The translations under genes and the position numbers were made by a program. Positions 54,558 through 63,886 of a stretch of DNA of 64,000 nt are shown in pieces (position 1 is the first letter of the stretch; every line of letters begins with the position of its first letter). The stretch is from Dinoroseobacter sp. S76. GTDB lineage: Bacteria; Pseudomonadota; Alphaproteobacteria; Rhodobacterales; Rhodobacteraceae. Where the stretch lies: NCBI RefSeq assembly GCF_049801095.1, contig NZ_JBNAGH010000001.1, positions 612,208 to 676,207 of the forward strand. The letters run 5' to 3'. The notes beneath the pieces are model-generated. The model saw only the letters and a list, made by a program, of their open reading frames with translations, had not been told where the DNA came from and searched no databases.

Positions 54558-55943
54558 ATGTCGGGCAAGATCCTTGTGGTCGACGATGTTGCAACGAACC
54601 GGATCGTGATGAAGGTGAAGTTGGCAACCGCTTGCTACGACGTGATTCAGGCCGATAGCGGGCGCGCCGCGCTGGATACGGCGCGGGCCGAGATCCCCGA
54701 CCTGATTCTTCTCGATGTGCTGATGCCGGATATCGATGGCTTCACCGTCTGCGAACGGCTCAAGGCCGATCCCCGCACTGCGGATATTCCGATCATCATG
54801 ATCACCTCTCTCGACGACACGGAGGCGCGGCTGCGCGGGCTCTCCTGCGGCGCCGATGAGTTTCTGTCCAAACCGGTGACCGAGCTGACCCTGCTCGCGC
54901 GGGTCCGCAGCCTTCTGCGCGCCAATTCCCGCAATGCCGAGCTGCGCATGCCGACCCAGACGGCGTCGGCCGGGTTCGCCGATGCGCCCATGCCCTTCAA
55001 GCAGGCCCAAACTGAATGCGTGGGCCTTCTGATGGCACAGGACGGGGTCGGGCGTCGCTGGGCCCGCGGTCTGGCAGACCGGATCCGCGAGGATGTGAAG
55101 TTTTTCACCCGGGCGCAGGCTCTGGAGGCCAGCAAGGACCAACCCGCGGTTTTCGTGATCGAGGCCGATGCCCATCGCCCCGAGGCCGCGCTGGAGATCC
55201 TGACGGATCTGCGGTCCCGACCGGCCACGCGCCACGCCCAGCAGATCTTCATGCTGCAGGAAAGCCATCCCGAGCTGGCCGCCCGCGCCCTGGATCTCGG
55301 GGCCGATGATGTGGTGGTCGCTCCGATCACAGTGCAGGAAATGGCTCTGCGCCTGCGCGCGCAGTTGCAGCACAAACGGACGAGCGACCGGCGCCGGAAT
55401 GAGGTGACCGACCGGCTCCGTCAAGCGGTGATCGATCCGCTCACAGGACTCTATAACCGTCGCTTCGCCTTGGGGCAGCTCGCCACCATCGCGCGGGAGG
55501 CCGAGGGCTCCACCCGCAGTTTCGCGGTGCTGCTCCTGGATTTCGACCATTTCAAGCAAATCAATGACAAGTTCGGCCATGCAGCCGGCGACAAGGTGCT
55601 GACCGACACCGCCAAGATCCTGCAGGCGCGGCTGCGCTCGCTCGACGTGATTGCGCGCATCGGCGGCGAAGAATTCCTGATGGTGCTGCCGGACACGGAT
55701 CTCGACGAGGCCCAGCGCGTGGCGGAACGCCTGCGCGCCAGCATCGATCAGGCGCAAATCACATTGCCCGATGGCATCACGCAAGTGCCCGTCACCATCA
55801 GCATCGGTCTGGCCATTGGCGGGCATCGCACGCCCGATGCCAGCGTGTCGGAACTGCTGGAGACCGCGGATCGCGCGCTCTATGCGGCGAAATCCGACGG
55901 GCGCAACCAGGTTTCGGTGGGCACGATCAGCTCCGCCGCCTGA
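54558..55943 (+). CDS. pleD: PleD-type response regulator diguanylate cyclase (REC-REC-GGDEF)
   Basis: Two receiver domains (phospho-Asp in 'LILLDVLMPDIDG') and a GGDEF domain with 'GGEEF'. Confidence 0.85.
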   Translation: MSGKILVVDDVATNRIVMKVKLATACYDVIQADSGRAALDTARAEIPDLILLDVLMPDIDGFTVCERLKADPRTADIPIIMITSLDDTEARLRGLSCGADEFLSKPVTELTLLARVRSLLRANSRNAELRMPTQTASAGFADAPMPFKQAQTECVGLLMAQDGVGRRWARGLADRIREDVKFFTRAQALEASKDQPAVFVIEADAHRPEAALEILTDLRSRPATRHAQQIFMLQESHPELAARALDLGADDVVVAPITVQEMALRLRAQLQHKRTSDRRRNEVTDRLRQAVIDPLTGLYNRRFALGQLATIAREAEGSTRSFAVLLLDFDHFKQINDKFGHAAGDKVLTDTAKILQARLRSLDVIARIGGEEFLMVLPDTDLDEAQRVAERLRASIDQAQITLPDGITQVPVTISIGLAIGGHRTPDASVSELLETADRALYAAKSDGRNQVSVGTISSAA

Positions 55944-56073
55944 TACCCCCCCGGGCGCGGCCAACCGGCTGCGACCCCAAGCTGCGCGCAGCACCATCCC
56001 CCTTGCGCGCCACACGACAGGGGCCGGATCCCATTTCGGATCCGGCCCCATTTTGCCCCCACCTCATATCGAT

Positions 56074-56598
56074 TCACTCGCGCGGCGGCTTGCCGTCCCG
56101 GCCCTCGCCATGGCGCGGCCGGTTCGCCCGCGCGCGCAGCACCTCCTCGATCCGGTCCGCATAGGCGCTCCGCTCCGCATCGCTCATCTGCGCGATCGCC
56201 CCGGTGAGCGCCGCGCGCCCCGCCGCGTTGCGCGCGGCCATGGCCTCGGATTGCGAGGTGAGCAGGGTTTCGAAGGCCGCCGGATCAAAAGGCGTGCTCC
56301 GCAATGTGTCGAGCAAGGCCCGCGTCTGGCGCACCCGGGCGCGCGGCCCGCCAGCGCTTTTGCTGCGATGGTCGTCCAACGCGGCCTTCAGCGTATCGCG
56401 AGTCGTGTCGTCCAGGGCCCGGATCAAAGGGATCGGGCTGTCGATGAAGAGCGGCTTGCCCCCCGGCCCACGCGGCCCGCCCCCGAGTACCGCGCCAACC
56501 ACCAGCCCGATGACCAGCAGGTTGAGCGCCAAAGATCCATAGAGCAGCCAGGGGCGCGGCGCCCGCGAGCGCTTGGTCTCTTGATCGGGCTCTGCCAT
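56074..56598 (-). CDS. Membrane-anchored periplasmic Spy/CpxP-like (LTXXQ-type) stress protein
   Basis: N-terminal TM helix plus helical periplasmic domain; last gene of the ECF operon. Confidence 0.55.
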   Translation of the reverse strand: MAEPDQETKRSRAPRPWLLYGSLALNLLVIGLVVGAVLGGGPRGPGGKPLFIDSPIPLIRALDDTTRDTLKAALDDHRSKSAGGPRARVRQTRALLDTLRSTPFDPAAFETLLTSQSEAMAARNAAGRAALTGAIAQMSDAERSAYADRIEEVLRARANRPRHGEGRDGKPPRE

Positions 56599-56981
56599 CA
56601 CACACCCTCCTCAAGGGCCATATCAAACGACCACATCACCGTTTCAGTCGTGGCCTCATTGCTCAGAAGATCGGCGCTGAGCGTGCTCAGCTCGGGCGCG
56701 AACCCGGCCCCCAGCCCGATGCCGAGCACGAGGGAAGCCGCCAGCGCGGTCAGAGGCGCAAGCGTCCAGCCACCCCGCGCGGGTTTGCTCCGCGAGCGCT
56801 GCAAGGGCACTACATTCGGCGCCGCATCCCCCGCCGCGGCCTCGGCCTGCACCGCGCGTCCTTCGGCCGCGATCCGGTCGAGAAAGCTGGTATCGGGCAT
56901 GGGCGGGTGCGCCTGGGCCTCGCGCAGCAGCGCGTCGAGCTCCATTTCGGGGATCGGGTCGGTATCTCTGCTCCGGGTCAT
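56598..56981 (-). CDS. Anti-sigma factor (single-pass membrane)
   Basis: Short cytoplasmic N-domain, TM helix 'WTLAPLTALAASLVLGIGLGAG'; ATGA overlap with the ECF sigma gene. Confidence 0.6.
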   Translation of the reverse strand: MTRSRDTDPIPEMELDALLREAQAHPPMPDTSFLDRIAAEGRAVQAEAAAGDAAPNVVPLQRSRSKPARGGWTLAPLTALAASLVLGIGLGAGFAPELSTLSADLLSNEATTETVMWSFDMALEEGV

Positions 56982-57559
56982 TCCGTAAATCCCAATTCTG
57001 CGCGGCGATGGCCGAGGGCCTTTGCCAGCATGCGTTTGCCCCGGGAGGTCAGGCTTTCCACAGCCTCCACGGAGATCTCCATGATCCCGGCGATCTCGGG
57101 GTTCGACAACCCCTCGAGATGGCGCAGAACCACCGCTTCGCGCTGCCGCACGGGCAGATCCCCGAGTGCGGCCTGCAAGGCCTCGGCGCGCTCGGCCTGA
57201 CTAAGGATACGCTCCACAGACGGTGTCGGATCCGCCATTTCCCCGGCCTCGTCCAGCGGGACCGAGCGCTTGCGGCGCAGCCGGTCCATGCAGGCGTTGC
57301 GCGCCACCGTATAGAGCCAGGTGCTGGGGGCGGCGCCATCAGCGCGCCAGTCAGGGGCGATTTTCCACAGCTTCATCATGGCCTCCTGCGTGATGTCTTC
57401 GGCCTCGGCCCGGTCTCCGAGCAGGCGAAAGCACAAACGGTACACCCGCGGCGCCAGCCGGTCGGTCAACTGGCGGGCCGCACGCGGATCGCCGGTCGCA
57501 AAACGCGCCAGCAGATCCGCGTCCGAAACCGCGTCAGCCGAAGGAGAAAGGTCGGTCAT
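56978..57559 (-). CDS. ECF-type RNA polymerase sigma factor
   Basis: Sigma-70 region 2 and region 4 'LPVRQREAVVLRHLEGLSNPEIAGIM'. Confidence 0.9.
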   Translation of the reverse strand: MTDLSPSADAVSDADLLARFATGDPRAARQLTDRLAPRVYRLCFRLLGDRAEAEDITQEAMMKLWKIAPDWRADGAAPSTWLYTVARNACMDRLRRKRSVPLDEAGEMADPTPSVERILSQAERAEALQAALGDLPVRQREAVVLRHLEGLSNPEIAGIMEISVEAVESLTSRGKRMLAKALGHRRAELGFTE

Positions 57560-57633
57560 GGATCGTGCCTAGCGCGCGATGCGGGTTGGGACCAGTGCCG
57601 AAGGCTCCGGTCCCACCCAGTGCGGGGTCGGGC

Positions 57634-58110
57634 TCAGCGCTCCATATGACGGCCGCCAAAGCCGCGCTTGCGATCCGCGAACTCTTCCTCGGAGATGGCG
57701 CCATCGCCATTGGCATCGAGCCCGTTGAACATCCGCGTGCCGCGCTCGGGCATGCCGAACTCCTCGAGGCTGACCTGCCCATCGCCATTGGCATCCGCGC
57801 GCTCCATCATCGCGTCGATGCGGCGCTCGGCACGCTCGGCCTTGCGGGCTTCCGCGGCGGCGGCCATCTCTTCGCGGCTCACCTGGCCATTGCCGTCGCT
57901 GTCGAGTGCTGCAAAGCGCGTTTCTGCAGCAGCCTGGATATCGGCTTGGGTGATCTGGCCATCGCCATTGGTGTCCAGTTCCGAGAAATCGGGGCCACCA
58001 CGCTTGCCATGTCCTTCGCCGCGCGGCGAGGCCACGGCGATGGATCCGGCGGTCAGTGCCACCAGAAGCAGAGCGGTGGTCGGGACTTTTGCAGGGATCA
58101 GGGTCTTCAT
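57634..58110 (-). CDS. Secreted EF-hand calcium-binding protein
   Basis: Signal peptide plus four EF-hand loops (DTNGDGQIT, DSDGNGQVS, DANGDGQVS, DANGDGAIS). Start is placed at ATG 58110 after GGAG. Confidence 0.75.
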   Translation of the reverse strand: MKTLIPAKVPTTALLLVALTAGSIAVASPRGEGHGKRGGPDFSELDTNGDGQITQADIQAAAETRFAALDSDGNGQVSREEMAAAAEARKAERAERRIDAMMERADANGDGQVSLEEFGMPERGTRMFNGLDANGDGAISEEEFADRKRGFGGRHMER

Positions 58111-58316
58111 TGGGGTCTCCATTTTCTTGTTGGCCCCGGCATCTCCGGGACGTCTGTATGTCAAACGCGCCCGGAGCGAAGTTCCGTCGCGCATTTCCGC
58201 AAAAAAATGAACAGCCCTTTTTTCGCGACATCCCGACGCAAGGCAATCTGTCAAAGGGCGCTTGGGGGCACAGCTTGTTAAGCTGGTACCAGCGAACAGG
58301 GGTTGGGAGCTCCGTG

Positions 58317-58715
58317 ATGACATTCGAAACACCGACGACGGAGCGTGAGCTTCGGCCGTCTCTCATACGTGGCTGGCGCCGCCGCTGCCCCAATTGCGGG
58401 TCAGGTCCGATGATGCGCAGCTATCTGCAGGTCCGTGAAAGCTGTCCGGTCTGCGGCCAGCAGTTGAACGGCCACCGGGCCGATGACGGGCCGGCCTATC
58501 TGACCATCCTCGTGGTGGGCCACCTGATGGCGCCGCTGCTGCATTGGTACTTCGTCACCCTGCGGCCGGATCCGCTGAACATCATCGCGGTGTTCTCGGT
58601 GGGCTGCGTGGCGCTGTCGCTCTACTTGTTGCCACGGCTCAAAGGGGCCATGGTCGGGTACCAGTGGGCCAAGCGGATGTATGGCTTTGCGGGATCGGAA
58701 ACACCGGTCCCCTAA
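58317..58715 (+). CDS. DUF983 zinc-ribbon membrane protein
   Basis: 'CPNCG…CPVCG' ribbon plus two TM helices. Start is placed at ATG 58317. Confidence 0.7.
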   Translation: MTFETPTTERELRPSLIRGWRRRCPNCGSGPMMRSYLQVRESCPVCGQQLNGHRADDGPAYLTILVVGHLMAPLLHWYFVTLRPDPLNIIAVFSVGCVALSLYLLPRLKGAMVGYQWAKRMYGFAGSETPVP

Positions 58716-58745
58716 CCCTCCGCCCCGGTCAGCGGCGGAGGAAAG

Positions 58746-59429
58746 ATGGATAAAAGCGCAATTCGGCACGCGGCCACGGTGATCCTGATCCGGGATGCGG
58801 AGACGGCACGGCCCAGCGTGCTCATGGGGCAACGCGGGGCGCAGGCGGCCTTCATGCCCTCGAAATACGTGTTTCCCGGGGGCGCCGTGGATCCCGAGGA
58901 TCGCTTCGGCACCCGTCTCGCCCAGACCAATCCGGCCTGTGAGGACAAACTCGCCAAGGATGCGCGCGGCTGCACGCCCGGAGCGATTTTTGCCGCGGCC
59001 ATTCGAGAGCTTTGGGAAGAAACGGGTCTGCGCCTTGGCACGCAGGCCGCTCCAGTTGGGGATCCGGAGGCTGCGCTCGGTGCGAGTTGGCAGGCCTTTC
59101 TCCGCAGCGGGGCCGCTCCGGATGCCAGCGCCCTGCGCTTCATCTTTCGTGCCATTACCCCGCCGGGTCGGCCCCGGCGGTTTGATGCGCGGTTCCTGCT
59201 CGCTCCGGCTTCGGCGCTGATGGATGATCCGGATGATTTCTCGAAAGCCTCGGATGAGTTGAGCCATTTGCACTGGGTGCCCTTGGCCGAAGCGCGGGCG
59301 CTCGATCTGCCGTTTATCACCGAGGTGGTTCTGGGCGAGGTGACCGGCGCTCTGCCTGCGCTCGAGGCCCCAACGACGGTCCCCTTCTTTCACCATGATG
59401 AGAGCCTGTCGCGGTTCGAACGGCTCTAG
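58746..59429 (+). CDS. NUDIX hydrolase
   Basis: Nudix box 'AAIRELWEETGL'. Confidence 0.8.
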   Translation: MDKSAIRHAATVILIRDAETARPSVLMGQRGAQAAFMPSKYVFPGGAVDPEDRFGTRLAQTNPACEDKLAKDARGCTPGAIFAAAIRELWEETGLRLGTQAAPVGDPEAALGASWQAFLRSGAAPDASALRFIFRAITPPGRPRRFDARFLLAPASALMDDPDDFSKASDELSHLHWVPLAEARALDLPFITEVVLGEVTGALPALEAPTTVPFFHHDESLSRFERL

Positions 59430-59479
59430 GGATTGCCACGGTTTGGTCGGATGTGTCCCCGGCGGCCAGAGGTCCGGGT

Positions 59480-59505
59480 GCCGCGTCTGGCGTGCCAGAC
59501 GCGGC
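59480..59505. other. Perfect 12-bp GC-rich hairpin between convergent NUDIX and AKR genes
   Basis: GCCGCGTCTGGC-gt-GCCAGACGCGGC with no U-tract; possible REP-like element or terminator. Confidence 0.4.
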
Positions 59506-59611
59506 GGTCGCACGCCACTCTCAGATCCCGCCTGATGTGAGCCACGCTTTGGTTGCGCGCCGTTGACCGGCACGCCCGGGGCCGCGCCCAAGCGCGCGGC
59601 TTGGCTGGCCC

Positions 59612-60658
59612 TTAGTAGGGCATGGGATGCGCTTTGTGGGCCGCGTCAATCTCGGCCACCACTTCGTCCGACAGGGTCAGCTCAAGACCGTTCAGAATAT
59701 GCTCCAGCTGCGCGACCGAGCTGGCCCCGAAGAGGATCGAGCCCATAAAGGGCCGCGTCTTGCACCAAGCGAGCGACATCTGCGTCAGATCCAGCCCATG
59801 GGCGCGCGCGATCTCCGCATAGGCGTCCACCGCGTCCCAGACCCGGGGCGAGACCCGCCCGCCGAGATTGCCATTGATCGCCATGCGCGACCCGTCAGGC
59901 ACAGCGCCGCCCTGATACTTGCCGGTCAAGAGCCCCGCCGCCAGCGGGGAGAAGGCCATCAGCCCGACGTCCTCGTTCACGCACAGCTCCGCCAGATCCG
60001 TATCGAAGAGCCGCGCCAGCAGGGAATACTCGTTCTGGATCGACACCACCCGGGGCAGCCCCTTGTCCTCGGCCATGCGCAGCCATTGGGCCGTGCCCCA
60101 GGCGCTCTCATTGCTGAGGCCGAAATGGCCGATCTTGCCCGCCTTCACGAGCTCATCCACGGTCACCAACACCTCTTCCATATGGGCCATGGTGTCCGCG
60201 CGCGACTGAACGCTTGGATCGAAGCGCCAGTTCTGGCGGAAATGATACGAGCCCCGGTTCGGCCAGTGGAGCTGATAGATGTCGATATGGTCGGTCTGCA
60301 GCCGCCGCAAGGAAGCCTCCACCGCCTCAAGGATCGTCGCGCGCGAGATCGGCGCCCCGTCCCGGATTGCGCCCAGCCCCTCGCCCGCGACCTTGGTGGC
60401 CAGCACATACTCCCCGCGCCGCCCAGGATTGGCCGCGTTCCACTGGCCGATGATCGTCTCCGTATCTCCGGCGGTCTCGGCGCTGATCGGGTTCACCGGA
60501 TAGGCCTCGGCCGTGTCGATGAAATTGATCCCCGCCTCCAGCGCCATCGAGATCTGACGGTGCGCATCCGGCGTGTCGGTCTGGGTGCCGAAGGTCATGG
60601 TCCCGAGGCAGAACTCCGTGACCTGCGGGGCGCCGCGCCCAAGTGCATGTGTTTTCAT
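59612..60658 (-). CDS. NADP-dependent aldo-keto reductase (Tas-like)
   Basis: AKR fold motifs 'GTMTFG', 'IDTAEAY', 'GLSNE'. Confidence 0.9.
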   Translation of the reverse strand: MKTHALGRGAPQVTEFCLGTMTFGTQTDTPDAHRQISMALEAGINFIDTAEAYPVNPISAETAGDTETIIGQWNAANPGRRGEYVLATKVAGEGLGAIRDGAPISRATILEAVEASLRRLQTDHIDIYQLHWPNRGSYHFRQNWRFDPSVQSRADTMAHMEEVLVTVDELVKAGKIGHFGLSNESAWGTAQWLRMAEDKGLPRVVSIQNEYSLLARLFDTDLAELCVNEDVGLMAFSPLAAGLLTGKYQGGAVPDGSRMAINGNLGGRVSPRVWDAVDAYAEIARAHGLDLTQMSLAWCKTRPFMGSILFGASSVAQLEHILNGLELTLSDEVVAEIDAAHKAHPMPY

Positions 60659-60773
60659 GGCAGTCTCCTTGTCAGCGCGTCAGCCTAGCGCGCCGCGCGG
60701 GACGCGCAAGCACAGGCTGGCCCGGCGCATCGGTCGCGTTGCGCCTCCGGGCGCGGCCTGCGACAGGTAGCCC

Positions 60774-61673
60774 ATGCCCCTTTGGATCCCCGTCACCCTC
60801 TTTGCGGCCTTTGCCCAGAACCTGCGCTTCATGCTGCAGCGTCACCTCAAGGTGACGGGTCTTTCGACCGCAGGCGCGACCTTCTCGCGTTTTTTGTTCT
60901 CCGCACCCCTCGTGGCCCTTATCGCCCTGAGCTACGCGGCGGCGCGCGATCTGCCCTTTCCCGAGCTCTCAACGCGGTTCTGGATCGCGGCCACGTTGGG
61001 CGGAACCTCGCAGATCCTCGCCACGATGTGCGTTGTGGCGCTCTTTGCCCATCGCAGTTTTGGCGTCGGGATCACCTTCAAGAAGACCGAAGTGATGCTG
61101 ACGGCCCTGGTGGGTTTCGTGGTGCTGGGCGAGGCGATCACCTGGGGCGGGGCGGCAGCCATCGCCGTGGGCTTTGTCGGCGTGGTGATCCTGTCGGACC
61201 CGCCCGATGCGAGCGGCGACTGGCGGCGACTTCTGAACAAGGGCGTGGCGCTGGGGCTGGCCTCCGGGCTGCTCTTCGGGTTTTCGGCGATTGGTTACCG
61301 CGCGGCCTCCCTCGCGATCGACAGCACGGATGTGTTCCAGCGCGCCTCGGTCACCCTGATGTGCGTCACCGCCTTTCAAACCCTGCTGATGGCCGCCTAT
61401 CTCAGCTGGCGCGAACGCGGAGAGATCACCCGCGTGGCGGCCACCTGGCGCGTCTCGTCACTGGTCGGGCTCACCTCCCTGGCCGGGTCTCTCGCCTGGT
61501 TCACCGCTTTCACCCTGCAGAACGCGGCCTATGTCAAAGCGCTCGGTCAGGTCGAGCTGGTCTTCTCCTTCCTGGCCAGCACCTTCGTCTTTCGCGAGAC
61601 CACCACGCCGCGCGAGATCCTGGGCGTATGCGCCATCGTGGCGAGCGTTCTCCTGCTGGTGCTGACACTTTAA
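60774..61673 (+). CDS. EamA/DMT family permease
   Basis: Ten TM helices, duplicated EamA halves. Confidence 0.8.
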   Translation: MPLWIPVTLFAAFAQNLRFMLQRHLKVTGLSTAGATFSRFLFSAPLVALIALSYAAARDLPFPELSTRFWIAATLGGTSQILATMCVVALFAHRSFGVGITFKKTEVMLTALVGFVVLGEAITWGGAAAIAVGFVGVVILSDPPDASGDWRRLLNKGVALGLASGLLFGFSAIGYRAASLAIDSTDVFQRASVTLMCVTAFQTLLMAAYLSWRERGEITRVAATWRVSSLVGLTSLAGSLAWFTAFTLQNAAYVKALGQVELVFSFLASTFVFRETTTPREILGVCAIVASVLLLVLTL

Positions 61674-61733
61674 CGTTGCAGCGGCCCGTCCGCGCCGCCA
61701 CCCTGCGCAAAACAGAGCAGGATCGGGGCGCAT

Positions 61734-63107
61734 ATGACAGGCATCGTTGCGATCATCGGGAGCGGTGTGATCGGCGCAGGTTGGGCCGCGCGTTTTCTGC
61801 TGGGCGGATGGCATGTGCGGGTCTTCGACCCGGACCCGGGTGCGGAAACTCGACTGGAGGCCACGATCGCCCGGGCGAAGGTCAGCCTGCCGGGTCTTTA
61901 TGACACGCCGCTGCCGCCCCCGGGCCGCCTGAGCCTGCACGCGACGATCCCCGAGGCGGTCAGCGGCGCGACCTGGATCCAGGAAAACCTGCCCGAGCGG
62001 CTGGAGCTGAAGCGCAAGGTCTTCCAGACGATCCAAGCCGCCTGTGCGCCGGAGGCGATCCTCGCCTCCTCGAGCGCGGGGCTCACGCTCGACGCGCTGC
62101 GAGCCTGCGCCACAAGGCCCGCGCAGATCTGCGCCATCCGTCCCTGCGACCCGGTTTATCTGCTGCCTCTGGCGGAAGTGACCTGCCCGGAGCCTGCCGT
62201 CGCGGATCGGATCCAGGCCATCCTGACCGGGCTTGGCATGATCCCCTCAGATGGATCCGTAACGCAAAGCCTGCAGGCCGCGCTTCTCCGCCGGGCTCTG
62301 GAGATGATCCGCGATGGTGAGGCCAGCCCGGTCCAGATCGACGAGGCTCTGCGTCTCGGCCTCGCGCCCCTGTGGTCCCAGAGGGGGCCCTTTGGCACCG
62401 CCAGCGATGGGGCAGGACCGGCGCAATTCGCGTTGACGGAGGGGGCAGACGGCAAAGCCTGGACAGACAGCCCCGCCGACACCCCGGCCCTCAGCCGCTC
62501 CAGCCCTCCCGCCTCGGATGCGCGCTTTGTGCAGAGGGACGCAGCACTGGTCGGCATGCTCCGCGCGCTCAAGGCCGAAACCGTAGGCGCGGGGGCCGGT
62601 CTGGCCGACGCGGACCGGGCGCGGGTTCCGGCGCAGGGTGCGGATACGGCGCCGCTTCTGACAGCGGCCCGCACGGTCCCCCGGGACTGGGCCGATTATA
62701 ACGGGCATATGACCGAGGCGCGGTATCTGCACGCTTTCGGCAATGCGACGGACCGCTTCATGGAGATCCTCGGCGTGGATGCCGATTACCTTGCCTCCGG
62801 GGGGAGCTTCTTCACCGCCGAGACCCATATCCGCCATCTGGCCGAGTTGCGCATCGGGGCCGCTTTCGAGATCCGGACCACCTGCCTCGACGGGACGGGC
62901 AAGCGCATGCATCTGTGGCATGAGATGCGCTGCGACGGAGTTCTCGTGGCGACGGGGGAGCATATGCTGATCCATGTGAGCCTTGAGACACGGCGCCCTG
63001 CGCCGCCTGCCTCTCCCGTGGCCGAGGCGCTGGCGCGGATCGCCCAGGCCCATGCGCGTCTGGCCACCGGGCCGGGCGTAGGCCGCGCCATTGGTGACCC
63101 GCGCTGA
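61734..63107 (+). CDS. L-carnitine dehydrogenase-like 3-hydroxyacyl-CoA dehydrogenase fused to a C-terminal hotdog thioesterase
   Basis: N-terminal 'VAIIGSGVIGAGWA' Rossmann (HCDH family). C-terminal 'WADYNGHMTEARYL…' 4HBT-like thioesterase. Confidence 0.75.
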   Translation: MTGIVAIIGSGVIGAGWAARFLLGGWHVRVFDPDPGAETRLEATIARAKVSLPGLYDTPLPPPGRLSLHATIPEAVSGATWIQENLPERLELKRKVFQTIQAACAPEAILASSSAGLTLDALRACATRPAQICAIRPCDPVYLLPLAEVTCPEPAVADRIQAILTGLGMIPSDGSVTQSLQAALLRRALEMIRDGEASPVQIDEALRLGLAPLWSQRGPFGTASDGAGPAQFALTEGADGKAWTDSPADTPALSRSSPPASDARFVQRDAALVGMLRALKAETVGAGAGLADADRARVPAQGADTAPLLTAARTVPRDWADYNGHMTEARYLHAFGNATDRFMEILGVDADYLASGGSFFTAETHIRHLAELRIGAAFEIRTTCLDGTGKRMHLWHEMRCDGVLVATGEHMLIHVSLETRRPAPPASPVAEALARIAQAHARLATGPGVGRAIGDPR

Positions 63108-63136
63108 GGGGTGCGATCTGGCAAAAGCCCCCTTGA

Positions 63137-63152
63137 GAACAAAAACGGAACA
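63137..63152 (+). promoter_or_regulatory. Alphaproteobacterial LexA (SOS) box GTTC-N7-GTTC
   Basis: GAACAAAAACGGAAC is the reverse complement of GTTCCGTTTTTGTTC; it lies about 18 nt upstream of the imuA-like ATG. Confidence 0.5.
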
Positions 63153-63167
63153 AATTATCCTCATCCC

Positions 63168-63824
63168 ATGGCGACTCGCAGTTTGACAAAGGCCGGGCTA
63201 CAGGCGGGCAGCCTGCAGGATGCCCCCCGTCCGGGGGTCGAAGTCCTGCCCGAGATGACCCTGGCCCTGCGCCGGGTGCATGAGCTGACCGGCCCGGCGC
63301 GCTGGTGTCTCGCGGCCCTCGTGGCCCGGGCGCGCACGGGGCCCGTGATCTGGATCACGCCGCGCTGGCACGCGGATCAGCTCAACCCCCAGGGCCTCGC
63401 GCCGATCTGCGACCCGCGCCGGATCCTGACCGTGACCATCGAGCGGAAGGAAGACCTGCTCTGGTGCATGGAGGAGGCCCTGCGCAACGGGGCCGCGCCC
63501 GTGGTCGTGGCCGATCTGCCCGGGCCGCCGGGCCTGACCCCGGTGCGGCGGCTGCATCTGGCCGCCGAACAAGGCGGCACACGGCAGGAGGTCGCACCGC
63601 TCGGCCTGCTACTCACCCCGGATCAGGGGGGCGCCGCCGGGATCGAGAGCCGCTGGTCCCTCATGCCCGCCCATGCCAGCCGCCACAGCGCCTGGACCCT
63701 GACCCGGCTGCGCGCCCGCAACGCTCCCCCGGGGAGCTGGCGACTGACCGCGCCCACCAGCCCCGACGGCGCCTGGCGCACCTGCCGCGCCTCCGCCTGC
63801 GAGGGCGAACACGGGCGATCATAA
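63168..63824 (+). CDS. imuA: ImuA-like (SulA/RecA-fold) SOS-induced protein
   Basis: '[23 protein letters not shown]…PVIWI…PVVVADLPG' RecA-like core lacking Walker motifs, preceded by a LexA box. There is no imuB/dnaE2 downstream within the window. Confidence 0.5.
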   Translation: MATRSLTKAGLQAGSLQDAPRPGVEVLPEMTLALRRVHELTGPARWCLAALVARARTGPVIWITPRWHADQLNPQGLAPICDPRRILTVTIERKEDLLWCMEEALRNGAAPVVVADLPGPPGLTPVRRLHLAAEQGGTRQEVAPLGLLLTPDQGGAAGIESRWSLMPAHASRHSAWTLTRLRARNAPPGSWRLTAPTSPDGAWRTCRASACEGEHGRS

Positions 63825-63886
63825 GCGCGGCACTGCAGAGCAAGCGCCCTATGCAGCGGCCCAAACCCCGCTACCATGGGTGTATG

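Noticed and set aside
58160-58190. ECF-type promoter (GGAAC…CGTT) upstream of the EF-hand/ECF operon
   Set aside because: The GGAAC and CGTT elements are only 13 nt apart rather than 16-17, so it is not listed as a feature. It is mentioned only as a possibility in the findings.
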